A DNA stretch of 64,000 nt from Octopus sinensis (taxonomy: Eukaryota): positions 24,490,001 to 24,554,000 of the forward strand of contig NC_043020.1 of NCBI RefSeq assembly GCF_006345805.1. Direction: 5' to 3'. The notes under the pieces are model-generated. The model was given only the letters and a program-made list of their open reading frames with translations, made no database searches and had not been told where the DNA came from. Shown one piece after another: positions 13,801 through 28,959 of this stretch. A program made the translations under genes and the position numbers. The number at the start of each line of letters is the position of its first letter. Positions within the stretch are counted from its first letter, which is position 1.

Positions 13801-15105
13801 CATGTCTGTCGCAAGCATGCAGAGCAAGACAAACGCCTTCCAGTTTCAGCGGAAGTTCACTTTTTTAATGCAGATTTTGAGAAAATATAAATTGAGGTTA
13901 AACATGTCATAAACAAAACACCTTCCTTTTTCTTTTTCATCAAATTAAATCCTGTGGTGGGCAGACCCGGTGTTTGAAATGAGGGTTCCGGGCCTACACA
14001 TTATTAACAGAATGCACAATAATATATATCTATTTCTTTAATATATGCGCGTGCGCGCATGTACACATATAAGTAATATAAATACACACACACATAACTG
14101 TATTGGCAGAGTATCAGCTGTTCTTATACACTGCTGGTCACAATGTACTTCCTCACATTATAGCATTTCGAATAATACCCCTCTGTTGGCTAGGCGGATA
14201 TGCCAACATTGCACCCGCCCTGAACGAAACGCCAGTCTGGCGCAAGGTTATCCATATACAGCTAAGTGGAATGGAGCAACATGAAATGAAGTATTTTGAT
14301 CAAGAACACTGCGCACTGCCGATTTGGGAGTCAAAATCAGGACCTTGAGATCGTAAATCCAACACCCAAACCATTTCGCAATGTCCCTACAACTTTTCTG
14401 TTCTGAATTAATATGTTTTGCTTCATTGAATGTTTTATTAAAATTTCGATAACGAGGAACAGTGGTAAAGATATTTGCCAACAGAACATGGCAATCCTGA
14501 CTTATTGGAAAATAATCTTTACTCCAAAGTACTGTTGATGAATATCTCCCATGAGATTTATAAATGAGGAACAATGGGTTTATCCTTAATCTACAGCTAT
14601 CTTCGGTAATTTTCGAAAAATCGCTTAAAGATTCCACCTCCAAAATATAGTTTGGAACCAATGGGTTGTGCAATAAAACTGGTTGCTGCTTCAGTGAGCC
14701 CCGCCATTGGGAAGGTGCTCCCCTCATTCATCTCTCCAGGTTTGTTTGATGCTGAAATAATCTTTTACGGATTTAATATGAAGGCCTTCTTGCGCTGGAT
14801 CACCGTTTTGTTGCCATGTGCTTGGCACTGAAGTACCTGCAACGACCGTGAAGATGATGTCACCAAAAATTCACGCATGCCGAACAGGTAGAAAGAAAGG
14901 GTGGGATGGAGCTAGAGAGGGAGGGCAAATAAAGTGTGACTTAAACCCGGTGTCTGGAGACGAGAGTGTCATTAATTTCTGCTCTTGGACCAACCACGTA
15001 TACAAAGGATCATAAACGGATGAAGAGGACGGAGATGATGAAGAAGGATGAAAAGAAAGAATAGAAAAGGGGACAAAGAAACAGGGAAGCAAATAACACG
15101 AGAGA

Positions 15106-15152
<47 letters not shown>

Positions 15153-15849
15153 AAAGAGAATATGAATGAAGATGTGGACACAAAGAGATGGTGGTGTTGG
15201 TTGTGGTGGTGGTCATGATGGGGTTGCTGGCGTAATGATTGTGGAAATGGTGGGTGCTATGATTGTGTTGGTAACACTGTAAATGGTTGCAGTGATGGTG
15301 GCGGTGGCGGTGGTGGTGTGTTTGTGTTGCGTTGTCTTTGTCTCGGTGGTATAGGAAATGGTAAGGGCGGCGACGGCGGTGGTTGAGGTGTTGGTGGTGG
15401 CGGTGTTAAGCTTGTTTTTGAGGTACTGGAAATGGTAGTAATGGTGGTGATGGTGGTGGTGGTGGTGGTGGTGGTGGTGGTGCAGTGGTGGCGCGGTGGT
15501 GGCGGAGACGCACAAGAGATGATGAAGAGATGAAACAGCAACATTCCAGAAGTTGCACCGATTTGCCATCTGTTAGCGTGATCAACAACAACAACAATAA
15601 CAATGGTGGTGGTGGTGGGAAGAGACGGATTGGTGAAAGAGGGAGAGGAGAGTTCCATGTGAATGACTGTAGTGGGAGGGTAAGGCGGAAAGGGAAGAGG
15701 ATACAGTTTTATGGTGAAATACCTGAGATGCCACACTGCCTATGTGGCTGCGCGTGCATGGTTATGTGAATGGATACGAGTGCACATGTACATATATATA
15801 TATGTGTGTGTCTGTGTGTGTATGTGTGTATATAAATATATGTATAAAT

Positions 15850-15883
<34 letters not shown>

Positions 15884-15926
15884 ATACATAAATATATATA
15901 TGTATATGTATGTATATAGATATATG

Positions 15927-15963
<37 letters not shown>

Positions 15964-15967
15964 AAAT

Positions 15968-15999
<32 letters not shown>

Positions 16000-16719
16000 G
16001 TATAAATATATAATATGTATGTATAAATATATATATGTATATGTAAGTATATATATATATGTATTAATATATATATATGTATATGTATGTATATAGATAT
16101 ATGTATAAGTATGCATATATGTATATATGTTTCTACATATATACATCTATGTATGTATGTAGGTAGGTAGGTAGGTAGGCATATGTATCGTTATGTGTGT
16201 GTATGCATAGACATTGTATGTGAGTGTGTGTCTCTATATATGTGTGTCTCTATATATGTGTGTCTCTATATGTGTGTCTTAGTACTTGCGTGTGTCTGTT
16301 GATCGTTGTTGCTGTTGTTTAAAGCTCGTTCGATGTTGATCGGTGTCTTATGATCAAAGACATTCCATTCATCGATATCCCATATTTTATTGAGCTTAGT
16401 CAATCAAGAACTACATTGTCTAGCACGTCCCTCCAGCTTTTAAGGGATGGGATGAGTACGATGTGACTGTTATTTCTAGCATATTATGCTGACTGACCAT
16501 GTAAAGACACCTTTGTCGTCTCCTGTAACTGAAGGTTGGTGTGTGACTGGTTGACTATATATGTTGTGTTTTGAGTTCAAATGCCGCCGAGGTGGACGTT
16601 GCCTTTCGTCCTTTCCAGGTCGATAAATTAAGTACCTGTTGCGTACTGGGGCCCATCTAATCGACTGGCATGCAAGAATACGAATGATCATGTATGTGTT
16701 TGATTAGTTATATAAGAGT

Positions 16720-17590
16720 ATATCGCTTTTGCCGAACTGCTAACTTACAGGAACGCAAACATACCAACAGCAGTTTTAGTTCAATGAATCAACTCAAGTA
16801 CTTCTTTTTAACGAAGCATGCTACATATTCCAACGGTATCTTTTGCTAAACTGCTCAGTTAGGGGGGCGTAAATAGACTAACAGCGATTGTCAATGAGAA
16901 CAAACACACACACACATACGAAAGGTTTCTTTCAGTTTCCGTCTACCAAATTCAATTACGAGGATTTGGTCGGTTTGAGGATATTGTAGAAGACACTTGC
17001 CCAAGGTGCCATGCAGTAGGACTGAACCCGGAACAAAGTGGTTGGAGAGCAAGCTTCTTACCACATAGTTATCTGTATAGGTGTTTGGGAGGTATGTAAG
17101 AATGCGTATATGTGAGCAGGGGTCTGAACTTCGTAACTGGCATTGGTCGTCTCGAAGTGTGTCTGAAAATGTCTAGGTACCTATGTGTATATTGCATGAA
17201 CATAGAAGTACGTATACCTTTATCCTTGTTTCAGTTATATGACTGTGGCCTTGCTGAAGCACCGCCTTTAGTCGAACAAATCGACCCCAGGACCTTTTTT
17301 AATAAGCCTAATAATTATTTTATCAGTCTTCTTTGCCGAACCGCCAAATTACGGGTACGTAAAACACACCAACATCCGATGTCAAGTGGGGAGACAAACA
17401 CACACACACACACACACGCACACACACATATCTATATATGACGGGCTTCTTTCAGTTTCCGTCTACCAAATTCACTCACAGGGCTTTGGGTTGACCAAGG
17501 CTATAGCTGAAGACACTTGCCCAAGGTGCCATGCAGTGGGAATGAACCCAGAATCAAATGGTTCAGAAGCAAGCTTCTTACCACGCCTGC
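16720..17590 (-). mobile_element. Two adjacent SINE family A copies (about 16720-17065 and 17225-17590)
   Basis: Both contain ttcagtttccgtctaccaaatt...gaagacacttgcccaaggtgccatgcagt. Confidence 0.8.
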
Positions 17591-17662
17591 ACCTATGTAT
17601 ATTTGTTTGTCGCTGGGTCTGTCTGTTTATACTTGTGCATACAGAGGGAGAGAGAGAGAGAA

Positions 17663-17745
<83 letters not shown>

Positions 17746-18039
17746 GATTTGTCTGTGATTGTATTAACGCACGTGCATGTTTGTATGCATGTTTCCGTTT
17801 CTGCATCAATGTGTGAGGTTGTGTGGCGGTGTGTGGGGAGTTTTAAAGCCATCAAGCGAGTCGGTGTGTGGGTGGTGGAGGGAGGAGTAGAGAGAGCGAG
17901 AGAGAGAGAGAGAGAAGGAGGTAAGGAACCAGCATTAAATATTTGATATAAAAAGATACAGAAGGGGAGAGGAATGAGGAGAGGGGGAATAGTGTTTGTC
18001 GGAATGTGATGGAAATATTAAATAAGGGAGAGGAAACAA

Positions 18040-18108
<69 letters not shown>

Positions 18109-18109
18109 T

Positions 18110-18144
<35 letters not shown>

Positions 18145-18324
18145 CGTGGGTTATGAAGAAAAAGATGATTGAAAAATTCGAGTAAATGATAGATCTATAT
18201 ATAATGAACACATACACATATATGCACGTACATATAAACATACATATGTATACACACATACACACACATATTATATTAGCAATTTTTTCTTGCAGCATTG
18301 GCATATAGACACATATATAAATGT

Positions 18325-18578
18325 ATAGGTATGGCGGTTGTCTACTCCTTACGCAGAGTTTGACCAACTCCTGTACCTACACCTTAGCACCATCAATGGC
18401 ATCTGATGTGGCTTTTTAAACTAGACAATGTTCTGAAAAAGCACCCATATAGGTTGCATATCCGATCTGGACCACCAAGAGCTGCAGTTAAGTCCTGATC
18501 ATTGTGGATTTTAAAATGTCTTTTGAGGCCTCCGTTAGATTTGAAAACCTTCTGGCAAACATTGAAAGGGGCGCACAA
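18325..18578 (-). pseudogene. LINE (probably RTE-like) 3' end encoding two degenerate C2H2 zinc fingers
   Basis: FNVCQKVFKSNGGLKRHFKIH...ICNLYGCFFRTLSSLKSHIRCH*: F-x5-L-x2-H-x3-H twice, non-TGEKP linker, stop right after the second finger, short 3' tail ending in a simple repeat. Confidence 0.55.
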
Positions 18579-18800
18579 ACATCGTCTTCCCTTCCTTTGG
18601 ACTTTCCTCTATTTCGAAATGTTAAATCCTCTTTCCTTCCTTTCCTGAGCGTCTGATAAACACAATACCTGTACCACGTCCTCGCGTTATTGTTTTTTCT
18701 TGTTTGTTCTTCTTTGTTTGGATTATATCACTATATATATATATATAAGATTTTGATTATATTTTGGAAAGCCAAAAACAATCCGATTTCTAGAAATGTT

Positions 18801-18921
18801 ACAGGTTGATAATTTCCCCTGATATTTCAATATTTCCAAGTCGAGACATCTCCCTCGTGAAAAGACGCTGTTCACTGAATTCTCTGTAACATTGTAATAT
18901 CAGGTAACACTATCAACCTGT
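18801..18921. mobile_element. Small foldback/MITE-like element
   Basis: acaggttgata/tatcaacctgt (11 bp perfect) plus cctgatatt/aatatcagg. TA on the left, TG on the right. Confidence 0.55.
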
Positions 18922-19719
18922 GTGGTTAGACGCTTGCTTTCCAAACACATGGTTCCTGGTTCAGCCCCACTGCCTCATACTTTGGGCAAATGTCTTCTAC
19001 TATAGCCTCGGGCAGACCAAAGTCTTATAAGTGGATTTGGTAGACGAAAACTGAAGACATCTGTTGGATGTGTGTGTATGTTTGTATGTATAAATATATA
19101 TATATATATATAAATACATGTGTATGCGTGTGCGTATGTATGTGTGTGTGTGTATTTATTATATATATATTTGTACGTACATGTATGTAGATATGTGCAT
19201 GTAAGTGCATATAAGTATTCACGGAAGTATCCAGGAATATTTAGAAGAAATATAATTATAATTATATTTTGTAGATGTTTCGTCTATCTTTACGCTTTGG
19301 GTTCAAATTCCGCCGAGGTCGACTTTGCTTTTCATCATGTCAGGATCGATAAAGTAAGCACAGCTGCACACTGCGGTCAAAGTAATCGACTTAGCCCCTC
19401 CTCAAAATTGCGGATCTGGTGCCAAATCAATATATGTTGTTGGTGTGAATTAATCGTCGGTTTCGACGATGAGCAGGGAGTTGTTTGACTCACAGAACTT
19501 CTACTCGTGAAATTAAATGTGCAACTGGCTGAGTGTTCCTTAGATACGTGTATACATGATGCCTTTTATCAGGTTGAAATATCTTGACGCAATTCAACCA
19601 GACTGGCCCTTTGAACGGTAAATAAAATCCAGGAAGAGATAGAGGTAAAAAGAGACGGGGTAATGAATGGGATGTTATATATATATATATATATATATAC
19701 ATATATATAATAGATATAT

Positions 19720-19752
<33 letters not shown>

Positions 19753-19767
19753 GATAGATAGATAGAT

Positions 19768-19806
<39 letters not shown>

Positions 19807-19836
19807 TAGATAGATAGATAGATAGATAGATAGATT

Positions 19837-19926
<90 letters not shown>

Positions 19927-20897
19927 AAGACTGGTAGACAGTAAGTATGAGAAAGGGAGGCAGACAGACCGAAACAGAATATAGAAAACGTGAGACGAGT
20001 GTCAGCCAAATAAACATCAAGATAGAGACGACATATTGGAAAAGACGCCATGATGACAGACGTGCGTATACATGTACACATATATTTAATGTAGTATTTG
20101 TGTATGTGTGCGTGTGGGTGGGTTGGTGGAATGTTTGCTTTGAGATCAGAGTTATTCTTGAGTTATTAAAGATGGCGCATACGGTGTAACATGGCGGTTC
20201 ACATGGGCTGAAGGTGAGGGTAGCGAAATGAATGACAAATGGAGGGTGACAATAATTTAGAATGTGTGGATGTATGTTCATGCTAGTGTTTGCATCTGTA
20301 TGTGTGACAGACAGAGACAGGAAGAGGAGAAAGGAGAGAGGGGCAAAGATTTAGAAGGGGAACAGGGAGGGGAGAGAGAGAGAGGGGGTGAGAGAGACCG
20401 AAGGCGAGCGTTTGTAGTTTTGTGAATAGATGTATCCATGGTTCAGCTTTCTATATATGTATGCAGGCATATATGAAAACGTATGTATGCATGTGTATCC
20501 ATGTATGTATGTAGGTACTTTTTTACGTATGTATGTATGTATATATGTATGTATGCATGTATATGTAAACGTAATTATGAATGTAGGCATATATGCATGT
20601 ATGTATGCATATTTGTATGAATGTGTATGAATGCACATGTGAATATGTGTACAAATGTGATTGTCTTATTGCTTTCCTTTGTTTAATGCGAAATGTCTTC
20701 AGGTGTGTGTGTGTGTGTGTGTGTGAATGTGTGTGTGTATCTGTCGATACACACACACACACACACATGAATATGTGCGTGTATACATGTATTTGCATAT
20801 TTACGTGCATTGTATGTATGTTTGTTTTACTTGTGCTGTCGCATGAATCTGTATGAGTGTATTTGTGTGTGCGCGCGTGTGTGTGTGCGTGTGTGTG

Positions 20898-20958
<61 letters not shown>

Positions 20959-21221
20959 TGCGTGAGTGAGTGAACGTCAATGCTTTGTATTATTCCTTCC
21001 AGTTTCTAACGTTCCGGGTTCAAATATCGCCCAGGTGAACATTACCTTTCATCGTTTCTGGGTGGATAAAATAAAGTAACAGTTATATACTGGGTCGATA
21101 GTATCGCTTAATACTGTATTCATAACTTAAAGATTTCAACCTTGGTTACAAACCCTATGTGTTTTATCTCAGCGTTTATGCGTGGTTTTTGCTGAACTGT
21201 GTACATGTGTGTGCGTGCATT

Positions 21222-21255
<34 letters not shown>

Positions 21256-22942
21256 TGTGTATGTGTGTGTGCGTATGAGTGTGTGTGTGAGTTTGCGTGA
21301 GTATGTGTTTGCGTGCATGTATGTGTTTGTGTTTGTGTGTGTGGGGGGGGGTTGAGTAAGTGGGTGTGAGAGTTTGCACGCGCGTGCGTATGTGTGAATG
21401 AGTGAGTGAGTTTGTGCGCTTGCGTGAGTGTGTGTGTTGCGTGCATGTGTGTGTGTTTGTGTGTGTGTGTATGTGTGTGTGTGTGTGTGTGTATTGTTGG
21501 ATGTGTGACAAACTGAATGTGCGAAGTTGAGATTGGCTGAATATGTGAGTGAATGAGTAATGGATTGAATGAAAGAGTGGGTGAGTGTAGGAGTAAATGA
21601 TTGAGTGTTAAGTGTGAGTGTAACAGATCATTGAGTAAAACGAGAGAGAAAAACAGACGCGGTGTGTATGAGAGAGATGGAAAGAAAGATGAGGCGAGGT
21701 AGACTAACAGCCTGACAGACAACGTGACATTAAGAAAGTATGAACACGAGGGAATGTTAGTGTGATAGTGAGTGAGGAAGGAAGAAGGAAGGAAGGAAGG
21801 AAGGAAGGAAGGAAGGGTAGGGTTAAAAGAGAGGATGTCATAGAATGCTTATACTAATATATTTCTCATGAAAAAAAGACTTGTGTGATGTAGAAGAGTT
21901 AACGCGAGACTCAGATTATTCTCTGAAACGAAACTCACAGCACAAGATCGAACTCTTAACTCTCGGGTCTCTTTCTCTCCTTGTTGAGTATTTGTTTGTT
22001 TGCTTTGTTTAGTGTGTTAGTTTGTTGTTGGTTTTCTTTGGTGTTATCAATTACCTCAAAGGTAAAGTAATAACAAAAATATAAATAAATATATAAATGC
22101 AGAAGATTAAAGGAGAAAAGACAAGATAAAAGATGGAAAAAGACGATAAAAAGTAGAGAGAAAATATAAGAAAATAAGAAAAAAGAATAGTAAAAGAGAG
22201 AGAAAGAAAGGAAAATTGCAATAGAATAAAAAATAAAGGAAGACGATAATACGAAACGATGAAGAACAAAATGATAGCAGAAAAAATAGCAAAGCAAGAA
22301 ACCTGAATTGAGACAGAATGATGTAAAAAAAAAATCTATGTACGAAACAGTGGCTAAGTAAAATAAACATAAGAAAGCAAAAGATGAGAAGAACATGTGG
22401 ATGTGAAGTCATACCACACCCACTTCCCGTTAGTTTTTTAGAAAAAGAGAGACAAAGAGAAAAAAAAATCATGGCCGATATTCGAATGTAAAAAAAATAG
22501 CTGCAACGAAAAATATTTTACAAATTGTCTATGGAGATGTGCAACTTTGTTCCTGTTTCGTTCAGGATTTTTGCTTTGGTGTGTGTGTGTGTGTTTATGT
22601 ACGTGTTTGGCGGGGTGAGGCAAGATACGGAAACAGATTCGAAAGTTCGAAAGTGGATCAGGAAAATTAACACTACAAAGCAAAATTGAAGAACATGTAG
22701 TCTCCACCTCCAACCCCCACGAATCCGCCAAAACAAAACGAAAAATAAAACGCGACAGAAGCAAGAACGTAGAGAAACAAAATGGTTGCGATAGTAAAAA
22801 AAACGAAAAAGAAAACGAAAACGTCTGCGAAGTGACATATATTTTCACAAATTGTATATGCTGGTGTGTAACTATTGTTTGATCGCATATCTATTATATA
22901 GTGTATAATATTAGTGTATATTTGAAAAATTATATTTATGCA

Positions 22943-22984
<42 letters not shown>

Positions 22985-23103
22985 TGATGTATACTTGGAA
23001 GGTTTATATATATATATATATAACGGTTGTATATTTGAAAGGTTATATTATGTTAGTGTACATTGAATGGCTGTAAGGTGTCTGTATATATATATATATA
23101 TAT

Positions 23104-23141
<38 letters not shown>

Positions 23142-23982
23142 AATACGTGAGTGAATGAGTAATGGATTAAATGAAAGGGTGAGTGAGTGAGTGTAGGACT
23201 GAATGGTTGAGTGTTAAGAGTAAATGTAAGAGATTCATTGAGTGAGGAAATCGAGAGGGAAAAACAGACGCGGTGTGTTTGAGAGAGATGGTGTATAATT
23301 TCATGGCCATGTTTATGTATATATATATGTGTATAATTGAATGTTTATGTCTTTATACATAAAAGTGTGTGAGTGTGTGCTGGTGTATAATAGGATGGTT
23401 GTGTGGATATGTGTGTACATTAATCGGTAGTGTGTCTCTACATATATATATATGTGTGTGAGTGTGTGTCTGTGTGTGTGTGTACGTACGTTGAACTGAA
23501 TGAATAGCTGAGTGTTTGAGCAAAGAAGATGGGCGATGAGGAACAACTGCAGAGGAATAACTTACAATGAAGATAGAAGTGAGTTGTAGAACTAATATAC
23601 ATTAGTTATGTATATATATATATACGAGAAGGGAAAAGGCAAGATGGAAATATATAAAACGTACACCTCCGCCGATGCTTCGTTCCCTTATGCAAAAAAG
23701 CAGAATTACTGCGAAGGAAGAGGAAAATCTTCCTAGAAAAAAAAATGATAAAATGGCGGCGATGCTAAAAATATTCTGTAAACTTTGTATGTTAATCCAG
23801 TCGTTTTGTTTGTTTGCTTTTTTGTATGTTTGTTGATTGTTTGTATTTTTTGGCTTTATTTATTTTATTTTTGGTTTTTGGCTCAATAAGATGAAAGATG
23901 GCTGAATGAAAAATGGAAAAAAAAAAGAATAAAAAATAAGATGAAGAGGGAAAATGACAAACTTTATTACGCGAAGATAATA

Positions 23983-24037
<55 letters not shown>

Positions 24038-24053
24038 TAATAACAATAATAAC

Positions 24054-24109
<56 letters not shown>

Positions 24110-24838
24110 AAAAAAATAATAGTAATAATAACAATAATAATTTCTATTATATTATTAGCATTATTATTATTATAATAATAGCATCGTCAACAATAATAAA
24201 AATTATTATAACCATAAAAATACGAACAACAATAATAATGTTCATAATAACAAAAACAACAAAGCCAAAACAATGTATATTGAAATGAAATCATTTCGAA
24301 AATGAAAAATATAAAATAAGACAAAAATAAGTAGGAAAAAAAATAATATAGAAAACCTGGAAAACGACTGAAAATGCGACACGTTGTGGAAGTAATAAGT
24401 AAAATGAAGTAATATTAAATATGATATTACAAAATATAGATACAGGATATAATGATGAAAACGTAGGAGATAAGATATATAACAATATACAGCGATGATT
24501 GCAATAGCAACCATGTTAAAATTGGTAACAAAAAGAAGATCGGCCATGGAAAAACATATACAACTACCAAACAGAGATTTTGGTGATGTAGTGTGTGTGT
24601 GTGTGTATGGTGGAAAGAGTGCGTGTGGTGGTGGTGTTGGATGGTGTTGGAATGAGGCATGGAAGTTATTGGAAAGTGTTCTGACAATAGAGTTTTGTGT
24701 TCTGTTTTGGATTTGGGGAATAAAGTTTCATAAATTTTGGCTGAAAAATTATTATTACCTTCGTTTGATATACGTTATATACTCACAACATAGACACGCG
24801 GTATGTATATATATATAATATATATATATGTATATATG

Positions 24839-24877
<39 letters not shown>

Positions 24878-24883
24878 GTGTGT

Positions 24884-24918
<35 letters not shown>

Positions 24919-25486
24919 TATGTATATCTACATCTATCTATATAGATAGATGCATATATATATATATATATATATATATTTCAAGAGAGTGATAGAGGGA
25001 TACGTACATATATACATATCAATATATATACACATAACTATTTGAAGAAAATCAAATATTTAGTGCTTGTGTTTATGGGTTGGTGTGTGTACCCATGTAT
25101 GTATGTATGTATATATAAACAAGTCCAAACACGTACATAAACATCTAGAATTATATATTGAAACGAAAGATATATAGCACAATGCGCAGAGTGTTTATAA
25201 TATTTCATTAAAGATGAGAAACTATAATAGTGACTCAGACGGCAAAAATATATATTTAATTTCAGCTTCATAATACTTTTAAACAAAATTCTTCCCCCCT
25301 GTTCCCATTTACGTTGATATAACAATGATAATAATCCTTTCTATTATAGGCACAAGGCTGGAAATTTATGGAAGAGACAATCGATTAGATCAACCTCAGT
25401 ACTCAACGGAAGAATGAAAGGCGAAGTCGATCTCAACAGAATTTGAAGTCGGAATATAAGAACGGACGAAATACCGCTAAGTATAC

Positions 25487-25668
<182 letters not shown>

Positions 25669-25669
<1 letters not shown>

Positions 25670-25958
25670 GCTGATTCCTACCTAGCTCAGATACCAAGAA
25701 ACCCCAAAATGGCAGAAATTCAAAAGATAGTGCTCATGGGAACTGCTCATATCTACGTAGAATATTGTCTATGTAATCTCAAATGTTAAAACAAACTTAT
25801 AATTTTCTTATGTTTTCTTAAACATTCTCTAGAACAATACTATGTGCAAAACCAAATATATGGCACCCTAGGCATAACACCATCATAAACTTCTAACTTG
25901 TTGTCTCTTGTGGACTCATGATGAGACTTGAAGCCAACGTGCACAAATACAAAGCAAA

Positions 25959-25960
<2 letters not shown>
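25669..25960 (+). mobile_element. 3' end of a different R4/Dong-like family
   Basis: ADSYLAQIPRNPKMAEIQKIVLMGTAHI/LRRILSM* resembles the Dong-type C-terminus (Q K..L.GTA.ILR). A 3' UTR follows. Flanked by (TAA)n on the left and (TAC)n(TAA)n on the right. Confidence 0.75.
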
Positions 25961-26049
<89 letters not shown>

Positions 26050-26058
26050 TAATAATAA

Positions 26059-26485
26059 TGCAACAATTATGGATTTGACAGAGCAAAAACTTGGTACGAC
26101 AACAAACCTGGCGGCATCGTCGAAAATAGAAATTCAAAGATCTTATGGGATTTTATGATTCAGTGCGACCATAAGATAGAGAATAGGAAACCAGATATAG
26201 TTTTAATTGAGAAAGAAAACAAACTATGCTGGATCATAGATATAACATATTCCAGCTGACAACAAGGTATGCGATAAGGAAGAAAGAAAAGTCGAGAGAT
26301 ATGAAAGGTTAACTTCGGAAGTTAAGCAGTTGTGGTCGATGAAAAATGTGGAAGTTGTACCAATAATTGTCGGAGCCCTGCGAACAGTGAGCAAAAATCT
26401 CGAGAAGGACTTGGAACAAATAGGGGCTGCAATAAGTGTGGAGGAGCACAACTCCAGCGTTAGAAGCTGTGCAACGGCAATGACA
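26059..26485 (+). mobile_element. 5'-truncated R4/Dong-like non-LTR retrotransposon (restriction-like endonuclease domain), internally deleted
   Basis: Manual translation with one frameshift: ...TWYDNKPGGIVENRNSKILWDFMIQCDHKIENRKPDIVLIEKENKLCWIIDITY/PADNKVCDKEERKVERYERLTSEVKQLWSMKNVEVVPIIVGALRTV... It shows the KPD..D..P..K..Y endonuclease motif and starts in (TAA)n. Confidence 0.85.
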
Positions 26486-26523
26486 ATATTTTTATTTTTG
26501 GAAATAATATTTATTTTATTTTA

Positions 26524-26706
26524 AAAAATACATGGAACAAAAAAGGGCTGCAATAAGGGTGGAACACTTGCAGAAAACAGCACTGCTTGGAACCGCTCAA
26601 ATACTCCAGAAGCTGCGCGAAAAATAAGGGGTGTTCCCTTAGTTCACTGGTAGTGAACATCTGACACTGTAATACATCTACAGCGTTAGAAGCTGTGTAA
26701 AGGCAA
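26524..26706 (+). mobile_element. Second, shorter 3' fragment of the same Dong-like family
   Basis: KYMEQKRAAIRVEHLQKTALLGTAQILQKLREK*, then a 3' UTR ending cagcgttagaagctgtgtaaaggc followed by (TAA)n. Confidence 0.8.
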
Positions 26707-26710
26707 TAAC

Positions 26711-26764
<54 letters not shown>

Positions 26765-26766
26765 TA

Positions 26767-26800
<34 letters not shown>

Positions 26801-28356
26801 TTCTACTAAGACACAAGGCTGACAATTTTGAAGAAAGGGATTAGTCAACTACATCGACCCTAGTGTTATATTGGTACAAGTTTTATCGACCCGAAAGGAA
26901 GAAGATGAAGTAAGTAACGATGAATATAACACTCTGGATGTGTCATTTGACAGTAATACACATATGTTGTATTTCATTTTATTCTCAGTAATTAATTAAT
27001 CGTAGCCTATAACCTTATCGTCGACGCGTTCTGCGTATGTAACATGAGTTAAAAAATACACTCAATAAAATAAATACTAGAAGTTCTCATCAATACTAGA
27101 GTTAATATGATCTAGTAAACCTCGAAAAGATTTGCCCCAGCATGGCCGGAGTCCAATAACTTAAACACAATTTATGAAATTCCTAAAGACTGCAACAGGA
27201 AATCCTGAGTAGCCTGGCCCCAGGAGACAGGTTTATTAGCAATTAGTAAGACTATTTGTTATCGAGTACTAATTGTGGGTTTCTTGCTACTATTTACAAA
27301 TTGAGGTGCGGTTGTGCATATACATACATAGATATCTGTGTATAGAATACATTTCAAATAAATGCATACACACATACATACATACTTACAAGAATACATA
27401 CATATATATATATATATATATCTATATATATATATATATATATGAATACAAATATAATACATAAAGATATATACATATAAGCGTGAATATGTATGTATAT
27501 ATATATATATATATACACATTTTAAGACTTACACAGACACTTATATGTGCGATTATAAAAGATGTAAGTATATATACATATTTGGCATTACTGTGCGTTT
27601 ATAAATACATACACAAACACAAACATTTGTATATATGTGTATATATATGTATATATAGATATATATGTATATATATGGGTATATAGATATATATGTATAT
27701 GTATGTATATGTATATAAATGCGAGAGAGAGAGAGAAGTCTGCAAGCTCCTGACACCCTCAGTCACACATGAGCATACACACACATACACACACACACAG
27801 AACCTATTGGAACCTCAAATAAATAGATGTATGCAAACTAGCTCACTCTATCACCCTCCAGATCCTTTGATTTCTCCTCATTGATATCGATGATATATTA
27901 CAATACTTTATACATTAATATCATGGTTATATTAGTGTGTTATATTTTCTAATACCTGTGATATATTACAATATTTTTTGATATTAATATCGTCTGATAT
28001 TACAATATATATATATATATATATAGATATAGATATATATCTATATATAGAGAGATATATATATAGAGAGATATAGATATAGATATATATCAATCGTGGT
28101 TGTGCATTAAAAGTTGTTTTCTGTGTATTACATGTGTACCCATTGATACGACATTTAGCTAGGTCCGGTAGGTTTCGGTATATTTCGGAGTTTTTCGGGT
28201 GAGATAACAGAAGTAGAGTCAGGTGATGTTAGATTAGGCAGTGTTTGAAAATAGGTGATAAGATTTGGCGAGGATGTTTGACCCCTTTTAGTTGATGAGT
28301 TCAGTAGGAATTTCTTGATCATTTTTACATTCACCATACATACATACATACATACA

Positions 28357-28430
<74 letters not shown>

Positions 28431-28959
28431 TATTTCATATATATAAATATATGTATATAATGTACATATATATACATGTATATACCATACATACAAATGT
28501 ATATACATGTGTATACATACATATGTGTATAATATATATATACATGTATATACATACATCTTTTCTTATCTAGTTTCAGCTCACAAGCTGTGGCCATGCT
28601 AGGCACCGCCATTTACATACATATACATATATACACACATTACGTATATATACATAAAAATCGTATATACAACATATAATATACATATATACGTGTATAT
28701 ACTATATATATATTATATATATATATATATATATACACATATATACATGAACATACATATATTATAAACAAATATATATATACATGCACATATATATATT
28801 TGTTAATATATATGTATATACATGTATATATGTGTGTATATATACGTATACGTATGTATATACACGTATATACGTATATATATGTGTATATATATATTTA
28901 TATCTATATATACATATATGAAGGACGCACGTACTCCCTTTATATTGCATATCAGAAAT

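Noticed and set aside
14248-14727. 159-aa non-repetitive minus-strand ORF
   Set aside because: Its end runs into a SINE C copy; no recognisable domain or convincing splice sites.
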